Shown one piece after another: positions 25,701 through 38,957 of a stretch of 64,000 nucleotides of DNA. The stretch covers positions 148,490,001-148,554,000 of the forward strand of contig CM126209.1 in the NCBI GenBank assembly GCA_052327205.1, written 5' to 3'. The notes beneath the pieces are model-generated. The model saw only the letters and a program-made list of their open reading frames with translations, was not told the origin of the DNA and searched no databases. The first letter of the stretch is position 1. The number at the start of each line of letters is the position of its first letter. Made by a program: the position numbers and the translations under genes. This DNA is from Somniosus microcephalus (taxonomy: Eukaryota).

Positions 25701-27788
25701 AATGACATTCCTTTTGCTGCCCAATAAAAGAATCACAGACTCGAGATAAATTCAATATGATAATTATATTTACTGAATTAATGCGTATGGTTTTTGCATG
25801 CATTTGGTTCTTAATGCATGTGATATAAGTCTTCAAGGAGATTTTCTGAGGTGTTTTTAAATTACTATTGTGATTCTTATACTTCTTACTTATATTGCTT
25901 GTACCTTACGCCAAGTACTTTTGTAACTGAAGGGTCGACTGTGGTGATTTACTATTAGGAAACTGGTAAGCTACCTCAGATTTAGTTAGATTTATGACCT
26001 ACTCTGATATATATGTATCAGTCCCAGGAGTGCCCTCTGCTGGAGATGCAATGCTGTCAGATATGGTGCCTGAAACCCATGGTACAGAGTTTCTTGGAAA
26101 ACAGTTATAGCAGCAGTGAGAGCATTCATGAGAGATGCTTTTATTGCTATGTCAACAGCATATAATACTGGGACCAAAACTACAGTTGCCACTGGTGTTC
26201 AATAACAGGCAGAAGTACAGACAACCAGTTGTCCACCCCTTGGACGGCTGTGGCTCTGAAGCCACTGTGTTCTCAACACAGTACATCCCATGTTGGAAAA
26301 CTGTACGAGGCAACTAACTTCAGCAGATGTGATCGCCACCCTCTCTACTTGCTAACTCATCAGCAGTCCCCACCTGTGCTAAATCTTCATTATGCTCTGC
26401 TCATCCAATTGATGTATCTGGACTGCTGCTTGATTAAAGAATGAGTAATGACAGTTTGTGCTTCTGATAAGCTTAGGTTCTCCATGCTCTGTGAAGATAA
26501 ACGATGGCCCATTATTTGCATAAAATGTACAATTAATATGGCACATAACAGAATGATCTGTCCAGCCTTCCAACCTTGTAAGAACCAACACCTCTCAGAG
26601 CTTCATTTCCTATGGTCTGCACCATATAGTGTTCAGGTTCTGTTGAAAGGTTCTCCTGGGATGATCTACCAACTGTTAAACTCCTTGTCCTACTGTTCAG
26701 TGCAAATTTGGTTTTTAAACAGGACCAGCATGAATTAACAATGGAGGTTGACGTGCCACCTGCTATAATGTTCACTCTTTGACTGTGTGAAGAATAATTT
26801 TTTAACAAAGCACACCGAAAAGAATCATACTCGTATGTCCTTTAACTGCATATTAGGGTTCATGTGTCTCCTGGCATTACACTCATTTATTTGATTGTGG
26901 GAAGATTGCACTTATTTCATGGGCCGGGATTTTGCGATAGAAATAACAGTGAGGCTATCAGCACTCACAGGTATTAATGATTAAATCGGGAAGCAACTTC
27001 GAGTGTCCACACATGCACAGTTATACACGGAACTCCGAAATTTGCTGTCCAATTTGCCCTGCTCCACCACAAGCTTTGCTACACCGGTACCTTGCCGAGA
27101 GATTTGGTATTTAAATACACGAAGGGTGTGAAGTTGCTGTACTTACTCACTAATAAGCCACTAAACATGCCAGAAAAAGTTAGGGCTGGTGCACTCAGGT
27201 GTAAGTGAATTTTTAACAGCGTGGTAAGTTAATTACTGAAAATTACATTTTACAAGTATGGAGTCTCATTCCTTCAGAATTAAATTACTGTTGGAGATTT
27301 TTTTAAATTAAAAATTAAAATAATTTTGTTTTTACTTTTTCTTTCTGTCTCTTTTATCTCTCTCTCTTAATCCCATATTTCTTTCCCTCTCTTTATTTCG
27401 CTTTCTGTATATGATTTTAAAATGAATTAAATATTCCAATTTATACTTCCTGGTTTAGACTCTGCGGGCTAAAAATTCGATTGCCCCTGAAAACGGGCGT
27501 GGGGATCGCGATACGTGATCAACCCACGCCCATTAGTACGCAAACTTTGTGCTGCCTGCTAATTATAATGATTGTGGCGTACAGCCCAGTGCTGAGTGGC
27601 TGCACACCTCAGCAGGGGGCCCAAGTTCATGTGAGGTCAGCATCACTTAAAGCTAGCCTGCACTACTTAAAGGCAGCCTGCACTAATTAAAGGCAGCCTG
27701 CACCTCTTAAAGGGGAGGTGCATTCTGGCTGCAGCAGGTGATTCAACTAGCTGGGGAAGAGAGTCTGAGCAGGAACAACACAGAGTAA

Positions 27789-29599
27789 ATGCAGAACTGG
27801 ACAAAGAGCAGGCTCCAAGATTCTCTGACTCAGTACTGGAGGCCTTGGTGCAGGAGGTGGACAGGAGGAGAGAGGTCCTGCATCCACAGGAGGCCCTCCA
27901 GGTGAACTCTGAGAAGGCAATGGGTGCAGATAGCCATCACCGTCAATGCCAGCAGTGTAGCCTTGAGGACCTAGATGCAGTGCCGCAAGAAGTTTAATTA
28001 CCTCACACGAGTGGCCACGGTGAGTAAATTCATCCTCAAATGCCATATCCTTATAACTGAACCACTAGGCTCATACACTGCTCAATTCACCACCCTCTTC
28101 ACTCACCTACCAACAATCTCTATCAATCATGACTCATACCTCACATAGCTTCACCTCACCCTCACACACTTAGCACTGCTGCAAGCCTCACACCCACATT
28201 TCACAGCTTGTACACACTGCCAGCTGTTCAACCATGAGAGGCACATCACTCAAACACTACATCACACCCACTGACACACTTCCCTCTCTCTTGCAGCATA
28301 AGGTGGCTCATAACAGGAGGCAGCAGGAGGTACCCGCAGGGAGACAGGCACACCTGCATGACCTAACCACTATGGAGGAGACGGTGCTGGAGATCATTGG
28401 AGTGACCATCACTGAGCCCATGGCCAGCGGCGGGTCTGAAACAATCCAAGGTGACTGTATCTTCATACCTAATCCTCCTTCTCACATTCCATTTCCTCCT
28501 CATCCCACAATCTCTTCTGATTTGCAAGCTGCAGATGTTTTAAGCATGCACCTCTTGCTTCCTGCCCCCCCTCACCGCAACCCTACCCTTATGCCTTTCT
28601 CCTTTCAAATAGCCAAGAACTGCCACCTGGCCAAGCAGTGGTGGAGAAGTAAGTAATGCAAGAGGAAGAAGGCAGTGAGGCTGAAGACGCAACGTCACTC
28701 GATTTCACACTTGGAGCCACCAGCTTGGATACTGACACTCCGCATAATAGAGCATAGGTTAGACACGGGATATGCACATGGTGAGACACCAGGCATGAGG
28801 GCCTGTAACCTGGGTAGAGTGAAAGGGTAACGCTCCCCGGAGGGCGAGATCGCACATGAGTTTTGCTGCACAGGACTCAGATGAGGACTTCAATGGGACA
28901 GCCTACAAAAGAAGGCTGATGGGTATGTTCAAAGAAATGCTTGGTACATTGACAGCTCTGCCAGAAAGCCTGAGTGCAGTGTTAAGGAGCATGGAGGAGT
29001 CTGGCACCAACCTTGCACAAGGCTTTGCACAGAGCTTGGAGCCCATCCTTTTCAGCATGGAAGTGATTGGCAACTCCATTAACGCACTTGTTGACTCAAC
29101 CATGATGCAGTGTCTGATGGCTGAAGTCTCAGCTTCCATTGCAGCACAAGCAGAAGCCACCCAACGTCTGGGTGCTGCAGTGGAAGCACAGATTTCTGTC
29201 ATGCAAGCTTAGCTTGCTGCCACACAAGCTCAGACTGCTGCCATCATGGCTGCAGTTACCAGTGTTGAAAGGTACTTGCAGGGTGTCACAGTAGTGCAGC
29301 AATCTGTCCTCCAACAGATTGCTAGGATTGCTGAGGCACCGCCCTAGGAGATTGGCAGTGGCTCCGTGGAGCATGCACCTGTTGTCCTCTCTCAGGATGA
29401 CAGCATTCGTGCTCCCACCACTGCCTCTTCGCCAGTGCTCTTGCTTTTGCCTGTCAGCCAGCCAGCCCAGACTGCTGCCGCCTATGCCGATCTGGTGCAG
29501 TCCGAAGCCGGGCCTGCTGTGGTAGCACTGCGTAGGAGCACTAGAACAGGCAAAGACACAAGGAAGACAGGCACTAAGGGAAAGCACAAGGGTAATTAG
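27789..29599 (+). pseudogene. Harbinger Myb/SANT partner gene relic (3 exons)
   Basis: APRFSDSVLEALVQEV...QCRKKFNYLTRVAT|GTGAGT, then ttgcag|HKVAHNRR..., and a C-terminal LRRSTR...KHK. Intron layout matches the intact copy. Frameshifted. Confidence 0.8.
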
Positions 29600-29751
29600 T
29601 TGACTTTGAAATGTAACATTGGATGGTCTGATTTATAAAGTTGGTCTGGAATGTTTGTTTTGTGGTGGTATTTATTGTAGCATTGTGACCAAGAGGACGA
29701 TAACAGAGGGAAGGGAAGGTGTGGGACTGTTGCTGAATGGGGAATTGGGTT

Positions 29752-30830
29752 TACATTCACTGGTACCGCAGTCAGATGAGGCGATCACGGACAGCTCGGC
29801 CAGAAAGGGGCTCCTCCCTTCGTCATCCTCCTCCTCCTCCTCTTCCTTCTCCTTCTCTTCTTCCTCCTCCTCCTCAGCTCTTCAGCATATATGTGCTGGT
29901 AAGGGCTGTGCCCTCATGACGACGAGGTTGTGCAGCATGCAGCACACAACAACAAATCTTGAGACACACTCTGATGAGTACTGCAGGACTCCTCCAGAGT
30001 GGCCCAGGCAGCAGAATAGTCTGCTCAATCACATTCAGTGTGGCAGCATGGCTTTCGTTTTATGCATGCTGCCCACGTGTGCTTGGGTTGTGCACCGGAG
30101 TCATGAGCCAGCAAGTCAGCAGATAGCCCTTGTTGCCCTGCAGCCACTCTCTGGTTTGTCGTGGTGGCTCAAATGCAGATGTGACAGCAGACTGCCGCAG
30201 AATGAAGGCATCATGGATGCTGCCAGGATACTGAGCAATCACCTGTATGAAGCACTGAGTATGGTCGCACACTAGCTGGACATTGAGGGAGTGGAATCCC
30301 TTCTGGTTGTGGTCCAATTTAAATTCACATGTGGCACCCACAAAACAACGTGTGCACAGTAAATGGCACCCTGCATCTTGGGGAAGCCTATTATCCTGGT
30401 GAAGCCGCGTGCTCACTCCACTTGCTTCTCTCTGGCAAGAGAGCATGAAATGCATTCACCTCTCTTTGTATACAGAGCCTCAGTGACCTCCCTTGTGCAA
30501 CAGTGCACGGCAAACTGGGTGATGTAACCTGGGCAGAGTGAAAGGGTAACGCTCCCCGGAGGGCGAGGCCGCACATGAGTTTTGCTGCACAGGACTCAGA
30601 TGAGGACTTCAGTGGGACATATTGCCTGCTCCAGCCTGGAAGGAGCCCGACGCATAAAGATTCATGGCCACGCTCGCCTTCACAGCCACTGGCAAAGCCT
30701 TCCTTAGTCTGCTCTGAGCCTGCAATTCTGCCTGCAGCAGGTGGAAGATTTCAGTGAGCACCTACTCAGTGAAGCGGAGATGTTACATACTGTTCTTCAC
30801 TGAGGGTGAGGTCCGCACCAGAAGCATTCA
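29752..30830 (-). pseudogene. Harbinger transposase relic
   Basis: KGFHSLNVQLVCDH...YPGSIHDAFILRQS...WLQGNKGY...WLMTP, VVCCMLHNL and an acidic tail. Confidence 0.85.
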
Positions 30831-31754
30831 CGCGGATGCCATTTTGGATCCGAATTGGCATTATAGCGCCGAAAAAACAGACGTTACGGAGCCGAATTTA
30901 GTGGCCTACGTGTCTCAGTGAGGAGTCTTCAGTCTGATTGGTTGAAGAGACATGCTGTTGTTTGCCCTGCTCTCACACGCCATAGATCCTCTGTAGAGGG
31001 CACCATGCTGAAAAGCATCACTAAATACCATAAGTTGCCACTCAGAAACTCACAAAAAGCTGTGGGCAGCTGTAAGTGTAATGAACGACGAGCACCGTTC
31101 CTTCGCCGCTGACCGCAAAATATGGACCATTATCTTTAACAAAGCCCATTATAACTAATCACCCATAGATGCCCTTCAACTCCCTGCCAGATCTTCTTCC
31201 AGACCTCCTCCCAGATCTCCAAGTGATGAACCCTGAGTTGACCTGGCTGGAAACATGCCATATTCCTCGACTCTGAACCTCTTCCCAAACTCTATTAATC
31301 AGGACATTAATCTCCATGTTTGTGAAATAGGCTTTCTGAATTTTTGTTTTCTTTTTACAAAGCTTTGTATGCTTTGCAGCTGAATGCACTCAATTCTCAT
31401 CATTTATATTGGCCAATTTTGATGCTTGCAAAGTGTGAAAGTAGCATTGTTACATGTGCATCAAGATTGGCTAGTTTTCTTTTATTCCCATTATTGAAAT
31501 TGAATTACATGGATATCGGAATTCAGATTGAATGCTCAAGAATAAAACAGCATGTACCAAAGCCATCTTGATTTGAGTTCTTTATTTTTTATAAAGTAAG
31601 GCCATTTAACTCTTTATTTGAAAAAGAGCAAAAACATAGCTCCAATATGATCATTTTGCAAAAGTCAAGGACCAGAATAAAAGGCTTAAACAGTAGCTGT
31701 TTCACTGAAGACTGATCTGTCAATCCTCATCTCCTCAGTACATTACAAGATATT

Positions 31755-32439
31755 GGGGGGAAAATTGGGTGAGTAGCGCCACCTGTTAGCGCCTAAAGAG
31801 GCAGTCAGTGGCTGTAGCGCCACTGGCTGCGCCTCCCGCGATATTCAGCAGGGGCGCTAATGGTGGCGTTAGCCATTTGCGCTGCACCGCCACTGATGAC
31901 GTCATTGGTGTGCGCAGTGCCCCATTCGCGCCCTGTTCGCGATATTTGGTAGCGAACGGCGCAGTTGCGCCGTTCGCTACCCGCGCCCGGTTCACGGGGC
32001 CTTGCTGTGCCAGCAGCAGCGCAAGTTAAGGTGGAGGTGCGGGGCGGCCGCCTGCCAGCACCTCCATCCCCGGCCTCCTGACCCCCTCCCTGCGGCATTG
32101 CCAGCTGTTTCCCGAGAGCCCGGCACTTCTCCTTGGTGCCGGGCTCGTTTGCTGGCACTCGCGAGCGGGGATTACGCTGTTGCAGGCCCCTCCCCTTTTA
32201 ACAATGGGAGGAAGGCCTGCAGTACTGCAGCGTGCCGTGCCGCAGCGCGGCACGTTGCGCTGCGATATTCAGTTTCAGCGCCCTAAGAGGGACGCGGAGC
32301 GCCTCGAGCATCGCCCCGTCTCCCTCTAGGGGCAATGAAACTGAATATCTGACGATCGCTAAAGCCTTGAACGCTGCGCTAAATCCTGCGCTCAGGTGAC
32401 TTTGGCGCCACTTTGGCACCCCAACCCAATTTCTAGGGC
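31755..32439. mobile_element. CpG-rich Harbinger MITE, ATT TSD
   Basis: AAGAT-ATT[GGGGGGAAAATTGGGT...ACCCAATTTCTAGGGC]ATT-GTCTT, with many TAGCGCC/GGCGCTA motifs. Confidence 0.85.
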
Positions 32440-32494
32440 ATTGTCTTTATTTTCTGGTTAATTTTAAACTGTCTTTGATAATATATTTGCAAAG

Positions 32495-33520
32495 ATCAAT
32501 GCAACACAGCCCCAGGACATCGCTGCAGGAGTTCCTCAGGACAGTGTCCTAGGCCCAACCATCTTCAGCTGCTTTATCAATGATCTTCCCTCCAACATAA
32601 GGTCAGAAATGGGGATGTTCACCGATGACTGCACAGTGTTCAGTGCCATTCGCAAATTCTCAGATAATGAAGCAGTCCATGCCCGCATGCAACAAGACCT
32701 GGATGACATACAGGCTTGGGCTGCTAAGTGGCAGGTAACATTCACGCCACAGAAGTGCCAGGCAATGACTATCTCCAACAAGCGAGAGTCTAAACACCAC
32801 CCCTTGACATTCAACAGCATTACCATCGCCGAATCCCCCACCATCAACATCCTGGGGGTCACCATTGACTAGAAACTTAACTGGACCAGCCACATAAATA
32901 CTATGGCAACAAGAGCAGGTCAGAGGCTCGGTATTCTGTGACGAGTGTCTCACCTCCTGACTCCCCAAAGCCTTTCCACCATCTACAAGGCACAAGTAAG
33001 GAGTGTGATGGAATACTCTTCACTTGCCTGGATGAGTGCAGCTCCAACAACACTCAAGAAGCTCGACATCATCCAGGACAAAGTAGCCCACTTGATTGGC
33101 ACCCCATCCACCACCTTAAAGATTCACTCCCTCCACCACTGGCATACCGTGGCTGCAGTGTGTACCATCTACAAGATGCACTGCAGCAACGCACCAAATC
33201 TTCTTCGGCAGCACCTCCCAAACCCGCGACCTCTACCATCTAGAAGGACAAGGGCAGTAGGCGCATGGGAACACCACTACCTCCAAGTTCCCCTCCAAGT
33301 CACACACCATCCTGACTTAGAAGTATATTGCCGATCCTTCATCGTCACTGGGTCAAAATCCTGGAACTCCCTCCCTAACAGCACTGTGTGAGTACCTTCA
33401 TCACACGGACTGCAGTGGTTCAAGAATGCGGCTCACCACCACCTGCTCAAGGGCAATTAGGGATGGGCAATAATTGCTGGCCTTGCCAGCGACGCCCACA
33501 TCTCATGAATGAATTAAAAA
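32495..33520 (+). mobile_element. CR1/L2-group LINE 3' part
   Basis: GVPQDSVLGPTIFSCFINDL, MFTDDCT, YKAQVRSVMEY, WNSLP and an (ATGA) tail. Confidence 0.88.
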
Positions 33521-33580
33521 AATCTATGTTGATGATGTCGAATATTTTATTTGTCTGGTTATAGTGCAAATGGATATATT

Positions 33581-34211
33581 GGCCTAGAAATTTTACTTCA
33601 CAGCACCCATTTTCAAGTGAAGGACGGGCGCTGAAGGACCCCAATATGGCATGCGGCATCTGCGCGTTCAGTCTCTGTTGGAAGGGCGCTTCATGCTATA
33701 TTGGTTAGGGCACCCTGCAGCCCACCTGAAACTGGAGCTGGGTGCATTGTTTATGCAAATCGGGGACCGTTTCTTTATAAAATTCATTTGCGACTGACTA
33801 CAGCATGTGCCATCCCTGCTGTGGTCAGTTTTCTGAGGTGCACAGGAACCACACTAGTGGACCTTAAAGGAATCGCTGGAGACTGCTAAACAAAAGGTAA
33901 GTTGAAAGTTTTTTTACTTACCCGAATATGGAGCCAGGAAGAGCAGGAGTGCCCCCCCCCACCCCCTTCAATCCTTGGATTCAGCTGAGGTTTTCGGCTG
34001 GTATCACAGCCAACCAAATTCACCCCCCCTGCCCACCACCACCGTGCAACTGGGAAGCTGGAGTTGCGACTGGTGCCCACAGCTCCCCGGTACTATCCAA
34101 TGAGGCTGGCCAACCAATTTGCCATGACACTGCTGCCAACCTCATTCGGCGCATTCAGCATCCACTGCACCGGAATCATGGCCCGATTCACGATGATCCA
34201 ATTTCTACACC
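33581..34211. mobile_element. Harbinger-type MITE
   Basis: ATT[GGCCTAGAAATT...AATTTCTACACC]ATC. The left 12 bp are identical to the TIR of the intact element. Confidence 0.75.
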
Positions 34212-34401
34212 ATCACTAACACTGGGGGAAAAAAACAGTTGCCCGGAATTTCCTCGGACCTGTTCCCTCTCTGCCACTATTAACTCCACTTCAAGTGCGG
34301 CTGAGTGACAGCAGTTCAGAGAATGTTGCGGGCCATTGTATCCTGGCACAATCCAGGGCCTTGAATTATGTTGCGTCAATATTACCCCACAAATACTGAA
34401 T

Positions 34402-35171
34402 GGCCCAGAAATTCGGGTCGGGGGCTTCCCGTGGGTGGAAGCCCCCGATCTGCACTTACCTTGCGCGCCGCCCGTTGAGCTGTGGGCTCCCATGGAATTC
34501 CGATCCGGGGCCTTGTCCAGCTGCCGGCGCGCAGTGCTTGCATATCCCAGGGGCGCAGTTAGTTCGATGTGTCCCCATGGATCACGTGAGCCATGGGCAG
34601 CCAATCAGAGCAGGGAATGCTCCATTCATAAGTCTGACAGGAAGTGCTGTCAAGACTTATAAATACTACGGCCCCAAAATAGCACTAAATCTTCAAATAA
34701 TTTTTTTTTTAAATCACATTTTTTAATAAACTATAAATTACATGAAATAACTATTTTAAACAATAATTTAAATTTTTGAAAAAAATAATTTTATTTTCTA
34801 ATGGGGCTAAAAATCAACTTACATTGCTTTAAAGTATTTAAAAATAATAAACCTGTGGAAAAATTGTTTTAATTTTAATTAATTCACCACTTACCTTGTA
34901 AAAAGCAGGCCTTACACCTGCTTTTTATATTTCTAAATTCTGCAGGCTTACCCTTCCGGGAAAACCTGTAAAAAAAAAAAAAAAAAAAAGTTCTATGTGC
35001 ACGCGCGGCCTCCCCAGCGCACGCGTTCGACCTCTGAACCTCTTTGTTCAGAGGAACGGAAGTGCTGGTTTCCCGCGCATGCGCAGTGCATGCAGGAAAT
35101 CGGCACTTCCATCGGGCCTACGGGTGAGTACCCCGTGCGTACTCACCCGTGGAGACCCGAATTTCTGGGCC
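34402..35171 (+). mobile_element. Young Harbinger MITE
   Basis: Perfect TIR GGCCCAGAAATTCGGGTC / GACCCGAATTTCTGGGCC. Inverted sister copy at 48655-49415. Confidence 0.9.
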
Positions 35172-35924
35172 ATTGTGTTTGCTTCAATTGCCTTTTCTGT
35201 TTTATTAATGAAGGTGTTAACATTAATATTCAGACAGAGTAATTTTTTCAGTGTGAACATTTTGTTCTCAATTTTGCCTGAATTTTTAGAGCCACTATTA
35301 GCTTTTATTGGAGGGAAGGGGACATATAAGTATAATTATGCTTAAAGGAACTATTTTTTGCATTTGTCACATGAGGGATTTTAACTCGACTTTTCTAAGA
35401 TCTCAAGAAATGTAGATCAAGGTTAAATCTGGATACACTTTTGAAATTGCGTTTTCCTTTTAAATCAGAAAACCTTAATCCCCAAAGAGACGAGCGATAA
35501 CTCTCAAGATTTTACATTTATTTTTCTCCAACTGAAATGCGGTCCTTAAATATTAAAAGTAAATGAAAATGATAGAGAAACAGCTCCCTCACATACTTTT
35601 CTGCCATTCCCTCAAAGTGGGCCCTTTGAAATGCTGCCTCAGTGTTAATTTGCACTAAAGACCACATTATAATTTTGATTATATGTTTGATTTGAGTTTG
35701 TGGATTGTTCCAGTCTACGTTGCTCTTTATAAAAGGTATGGCCATTTTTATGAGACTGTTGGTGCAGTGTAGCCTTGCTAAGGGTACTGCTGGCCAATGC
35801 AACAACAACAACTTATATTTACATTTATCACATAGTAAAACATCGCAAGGCACTTCACAGGAGTATTATAAGACAAAAAATTTGACACCGAGCCATGTAG
35901 GAGAAATTAGGGCAGATGACCAAA

Positions 35925-37807
35925 AGCATCCCCATACGTCCCCACCTCAATGAATTTCAAGCTCGACACGACACTGAGCTCTTTTTCCATCACCTTTGTC
36001 TCCATGCCCACTTCTTTGGCCAGGAGTCTTCCCCCCCGCACAGCGGACCCTTTCTCCCGTTTTCAGAATTCTCGTTCTACCTGGTCCCCTCCCTCTGGCA
36101 TCTTACCCTCTCTAGATCTTTTCATTGCGAACTGCCGGCGTGACACCGGCATGACATCAGCTGTCTCAATTTCTCTGCTCCCCTCTCTCACACCAACCCA
36201 CCTCCCTCTGAATTTGCAGCACTCCGCTTTCTCAAATCCAACCCCAACATTTTCATTAAACCTGCTGATAAGGGTGGTGGTGTTGTTGTTTGGCGAACCG
36301 ACCTCTACCTTGTGGAGGCTGACACCTCCTACCTCTCCCTGGACCATGAGCCTACTACCGAACATCAAGCCATCATTTCCAAGACTGTCACTGACCTCAT
36401 CTCCTCTGGAGATCTTCCTTCCACGACTGCCAACCTCATAGTTCCCTAACCCCGCACAGCCCGCTTCTACCTCCTTCCCAAGATCCATAAACAGGACTGC
36501 CCTGGCAGACCCATCATTTCAGCGTGTTCTTGCTCCATGGAACTGATTTCTTCCTATCTCAACTCCATTTTTTCTCCTCTTGTCCAGTCTCTTCCCACCT
36601 ACATTCGCGACTCTTCCAATGCCCGACGCCACTTTAACAGTTTCCAGTTTCCTGGCCCCAACCGTCTCCTTTTCACTATGGATGTCCAATCCCTCTACAC
36701 CTCCATCCCCCACCAGGACGGCCTGAGGGCGCACCGCTTCTTCCTTGAACAGAGGCCAAACCAGTCCCCATCCACCACTACCCTCCTCCGCCTGGCTGAA
36801 CGTGTTCTCACATTGAACAACTTCTCCTTTGACTCCACTCAATTCCTCCAAATTAAAGGTGTTGCTATGGGAACCCACATGGGTCCTAGCTATGCCTACC
36901 TTTTCATGGGATATGTGGAACATTCTTTGTTCCAGTCCTACTCCGGTTCCCTCCCTCGCCTCTTTTTTGCAGTACATTGATGACTGTATTGGTGCCGTTT
37001 CCTGCTCTCTGCCTGAACTAGAAAATTTCATTCACTTTGCTTCCAATTTCCACCCCTCCCTCACCTTCACATGGTCCATCTCCGACTCGACTCTTCCCTT
37101 CCCTTTCTCTGTCTCCATTTCTGGGGATAGGTTATTGACAAACATTTACTATAAGCCCACTGACTCCCACAGCTACCTGGACTACACTTCCTCCCACCCC
37201 GCTTCCTGTCAGGACTCTATTCCATTCTCCCAGTTTCTCCTTCTCCGTCGCATCTGCTTTGACGATGCCACCTTCCATACCAGTGCTTCCGACATGTCTT
37301 CCTTTTTCCTCAACCGAGGATCCACCTCTACCGTGGTTGACATGGCCCTTGACCGTGCCCGTTCTATTTCCCGCACTTCTGCTCTCACCCCTTCACCTCC
37401 CTCCCAGTAAGCATCCTTTGTGAAGTGAAGATAAGCTCGAGGAACTGCACCTCATCGTTCGATTAGGCACTTTACAACCTTCTGGACTCAACATTGAGTT
37501 CAACAATTTCAGACCATAACCTCTGGCCCTATTTTTTTTTCACATGGCAGCTGTTGATGATTCTGCCATTCCCATTTACACCTCATCTAGACTCATCTTT
37601 TGTTTCTTAATTTGTCCCATTACCATCTCCTTTTGTCTTGCACCATCATCCCTTTTGTCTTTTAATCTCTCCTGCCTTCCATCCTATCACAGACCTCCCC
37701 TCTTGTTCTTTCCTCCCCTCCCCCCCTTTCCCTGCCCCTGCACTTGCTTAAAAATCTGTTACATCTCTAACTTTTTCCAGTTCTGACGGAGGGTCATCTG
37801 AAACATT
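35925..37807 (+). mobile_element. Penelope-like retroelement (frameshifted RT; GIY-YIG region largely deleted)
   Basis: KPADKGG, LPKIHK..PGRPI, LFTMDVQSLYTSIP, GVAMGTHMGPSYA, YIDD and YYKPTD. The terminal repeat continues at 38553-38640. Confidence 0.88.
37779..37807 (+). ncRNA. Degenerate minimal type I hammerhead ribozyme motif of the Penelope terminus, split by a MITE
   Basis: AGTT-CTGACGG-stem II-GAAAC[insertion]GTT-AACT. The core is mutated relative to CUGANGA. Confidence 0.5.
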
Positions 37808-38552
37808 AGGGCAAATGTTCCGATTCCCTACGGGTGTGTACGGGCTGTGTACGCACCCGTAGCGACATCGGAAATGCCGGTTTCAAGCATGCACAGCACA
37901 TGAGCTGAAAACTGTTATTTCCGATCTGTCAAGAATGCTCTTGACAGATCGGACGCCTGCCCTGGAGAAGGGCCTCTGTGGGCAGATAGTTCCGCTTTCT
38001 GCAGAGCCTCCACCTGCAGAAAACCCTTAGAAATCTTACGCCTGGTGAAAGCAGGCGGCGTAAGGCCTGCTTTTACCAGGATAAGAGTTGAAAAAAGGTT
38101 TTAAAAAACATTTTTTTTCACTCATTTATCATTTAAAAATATTTTTTAAAAAAGGTAAGTTTATTTTTAGCCCTGTAAAAATTAATTATTTTTTTCAAAA
38201 AATTAAATTTTTGTTTAAAATATTTAATTGGTTGTAATTGCAACTAATTTTAAAAGGTGATTTAAAAAAAATATATTTAAAGTTTTATTACGTTTTTGGG
38301 GTGATCTCCATTCATATATTTGACAGGTCTATCTGTCAAGTGTATGAAGGGAGATTCCCTTCTTCTATTGGCTCCCCATGGCCCACGTGATCCCAGGGAC
38401 GCTTGCGAACTGCCTGCGCCTCTGGGATATGTAGGCCCTGCGCACTTGGAGTTTGGAGAGGCCCAGGAATGGAAGTATAGGCATCTCGGGAGCCCTCAGG
38501 TAAGTTCGTAGATTTTTCTAGATCGGAGGCCTCCGATCGGAAAATACAGCCC
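37808..38552. mobile_element. Harbinger-type MITE
   Basis: ATT[AGGGCAAATGTTCCGAT...ATCGGAAAATACAGCCC]GTT. Related to 34402, 48655 and 62526. 14-bp-stem palindrome at 37921-37952. Confidence 0.82.
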
Positions 38553-38639
38553 GTTAACTCTGTTTCTCTCTCCACATTACTGAGTATTTCCAGCATAAGC
38601 TGTTTTTATTTCAGATTTCTAACATCCGCAGTATTCAGA

Positions 38640-38957
38640 TATCTAACAGCCACCCCAGCCACAACCTCTTCGCCCTGCTCCCGTCCGGTAAGAGATACCG
38701 AAGCATACGGTCTCGTACCAGCAGGTTTCGAAACAGCTTCTACCCCCAGGCCATAAGACTCATGAACGTATAATTTATTATTATTTATTACTGTTGTTTT
38801 ATTTATTATTACTGTATTTCTATTAGTATTTTATCATTGTTATGCCATATTTATTCCAATGTTGGGAGGACTCGTAAAAATCAACATTTCATTGTGCAGT
38901 ACACACGTCTGCTGCATATATGACAAATAAAATTGAATTGAATTGAATTGAATTGAA
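38640..38957 (+). mobile_element. Rex1/Babar LINE 3' end with (AATTG)n tail
   Basis: HPSHNLFALLPSGKRYRSIRSRTSRFRNSFYPQAIRLMN, then AATAAA and a pentamer tail. Confidence 0.8.

Larger units (their letters stand above)
27466..30906. mobile_element. Decayed two-gene Harbinger transposon
   Basis: TIR-like GGGCTAAAAATTCG / CGAATTTAGTGGCC enclosing convergent Myb and transposase relics. Confidence 0.8.
26922..31128. mobile_element. Harbinger-type MITE (outer) hosting a decayed full Harbinger
   Basis: TIRs GGCCGGGATTTTGCG / CGCAAAATATGGACC. The host reads AGACTC-TGC..TAC-GTGTCT across the inner insertion. Confidence 0.65.

Noticed and set aside
31159-31389. Possible extra Myb relic (KAYFTNMEINVLINRV) with a 12-bp triplet repeat
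   Set aside because: The similarity is too short and lacks the downstream W/RT..QC motifs.
31755-32439. Host CpG-island promoter
   Set aside because: CpG richness ends exactly at the TIRs and ATT TSD, so it is explained by a young MITE.
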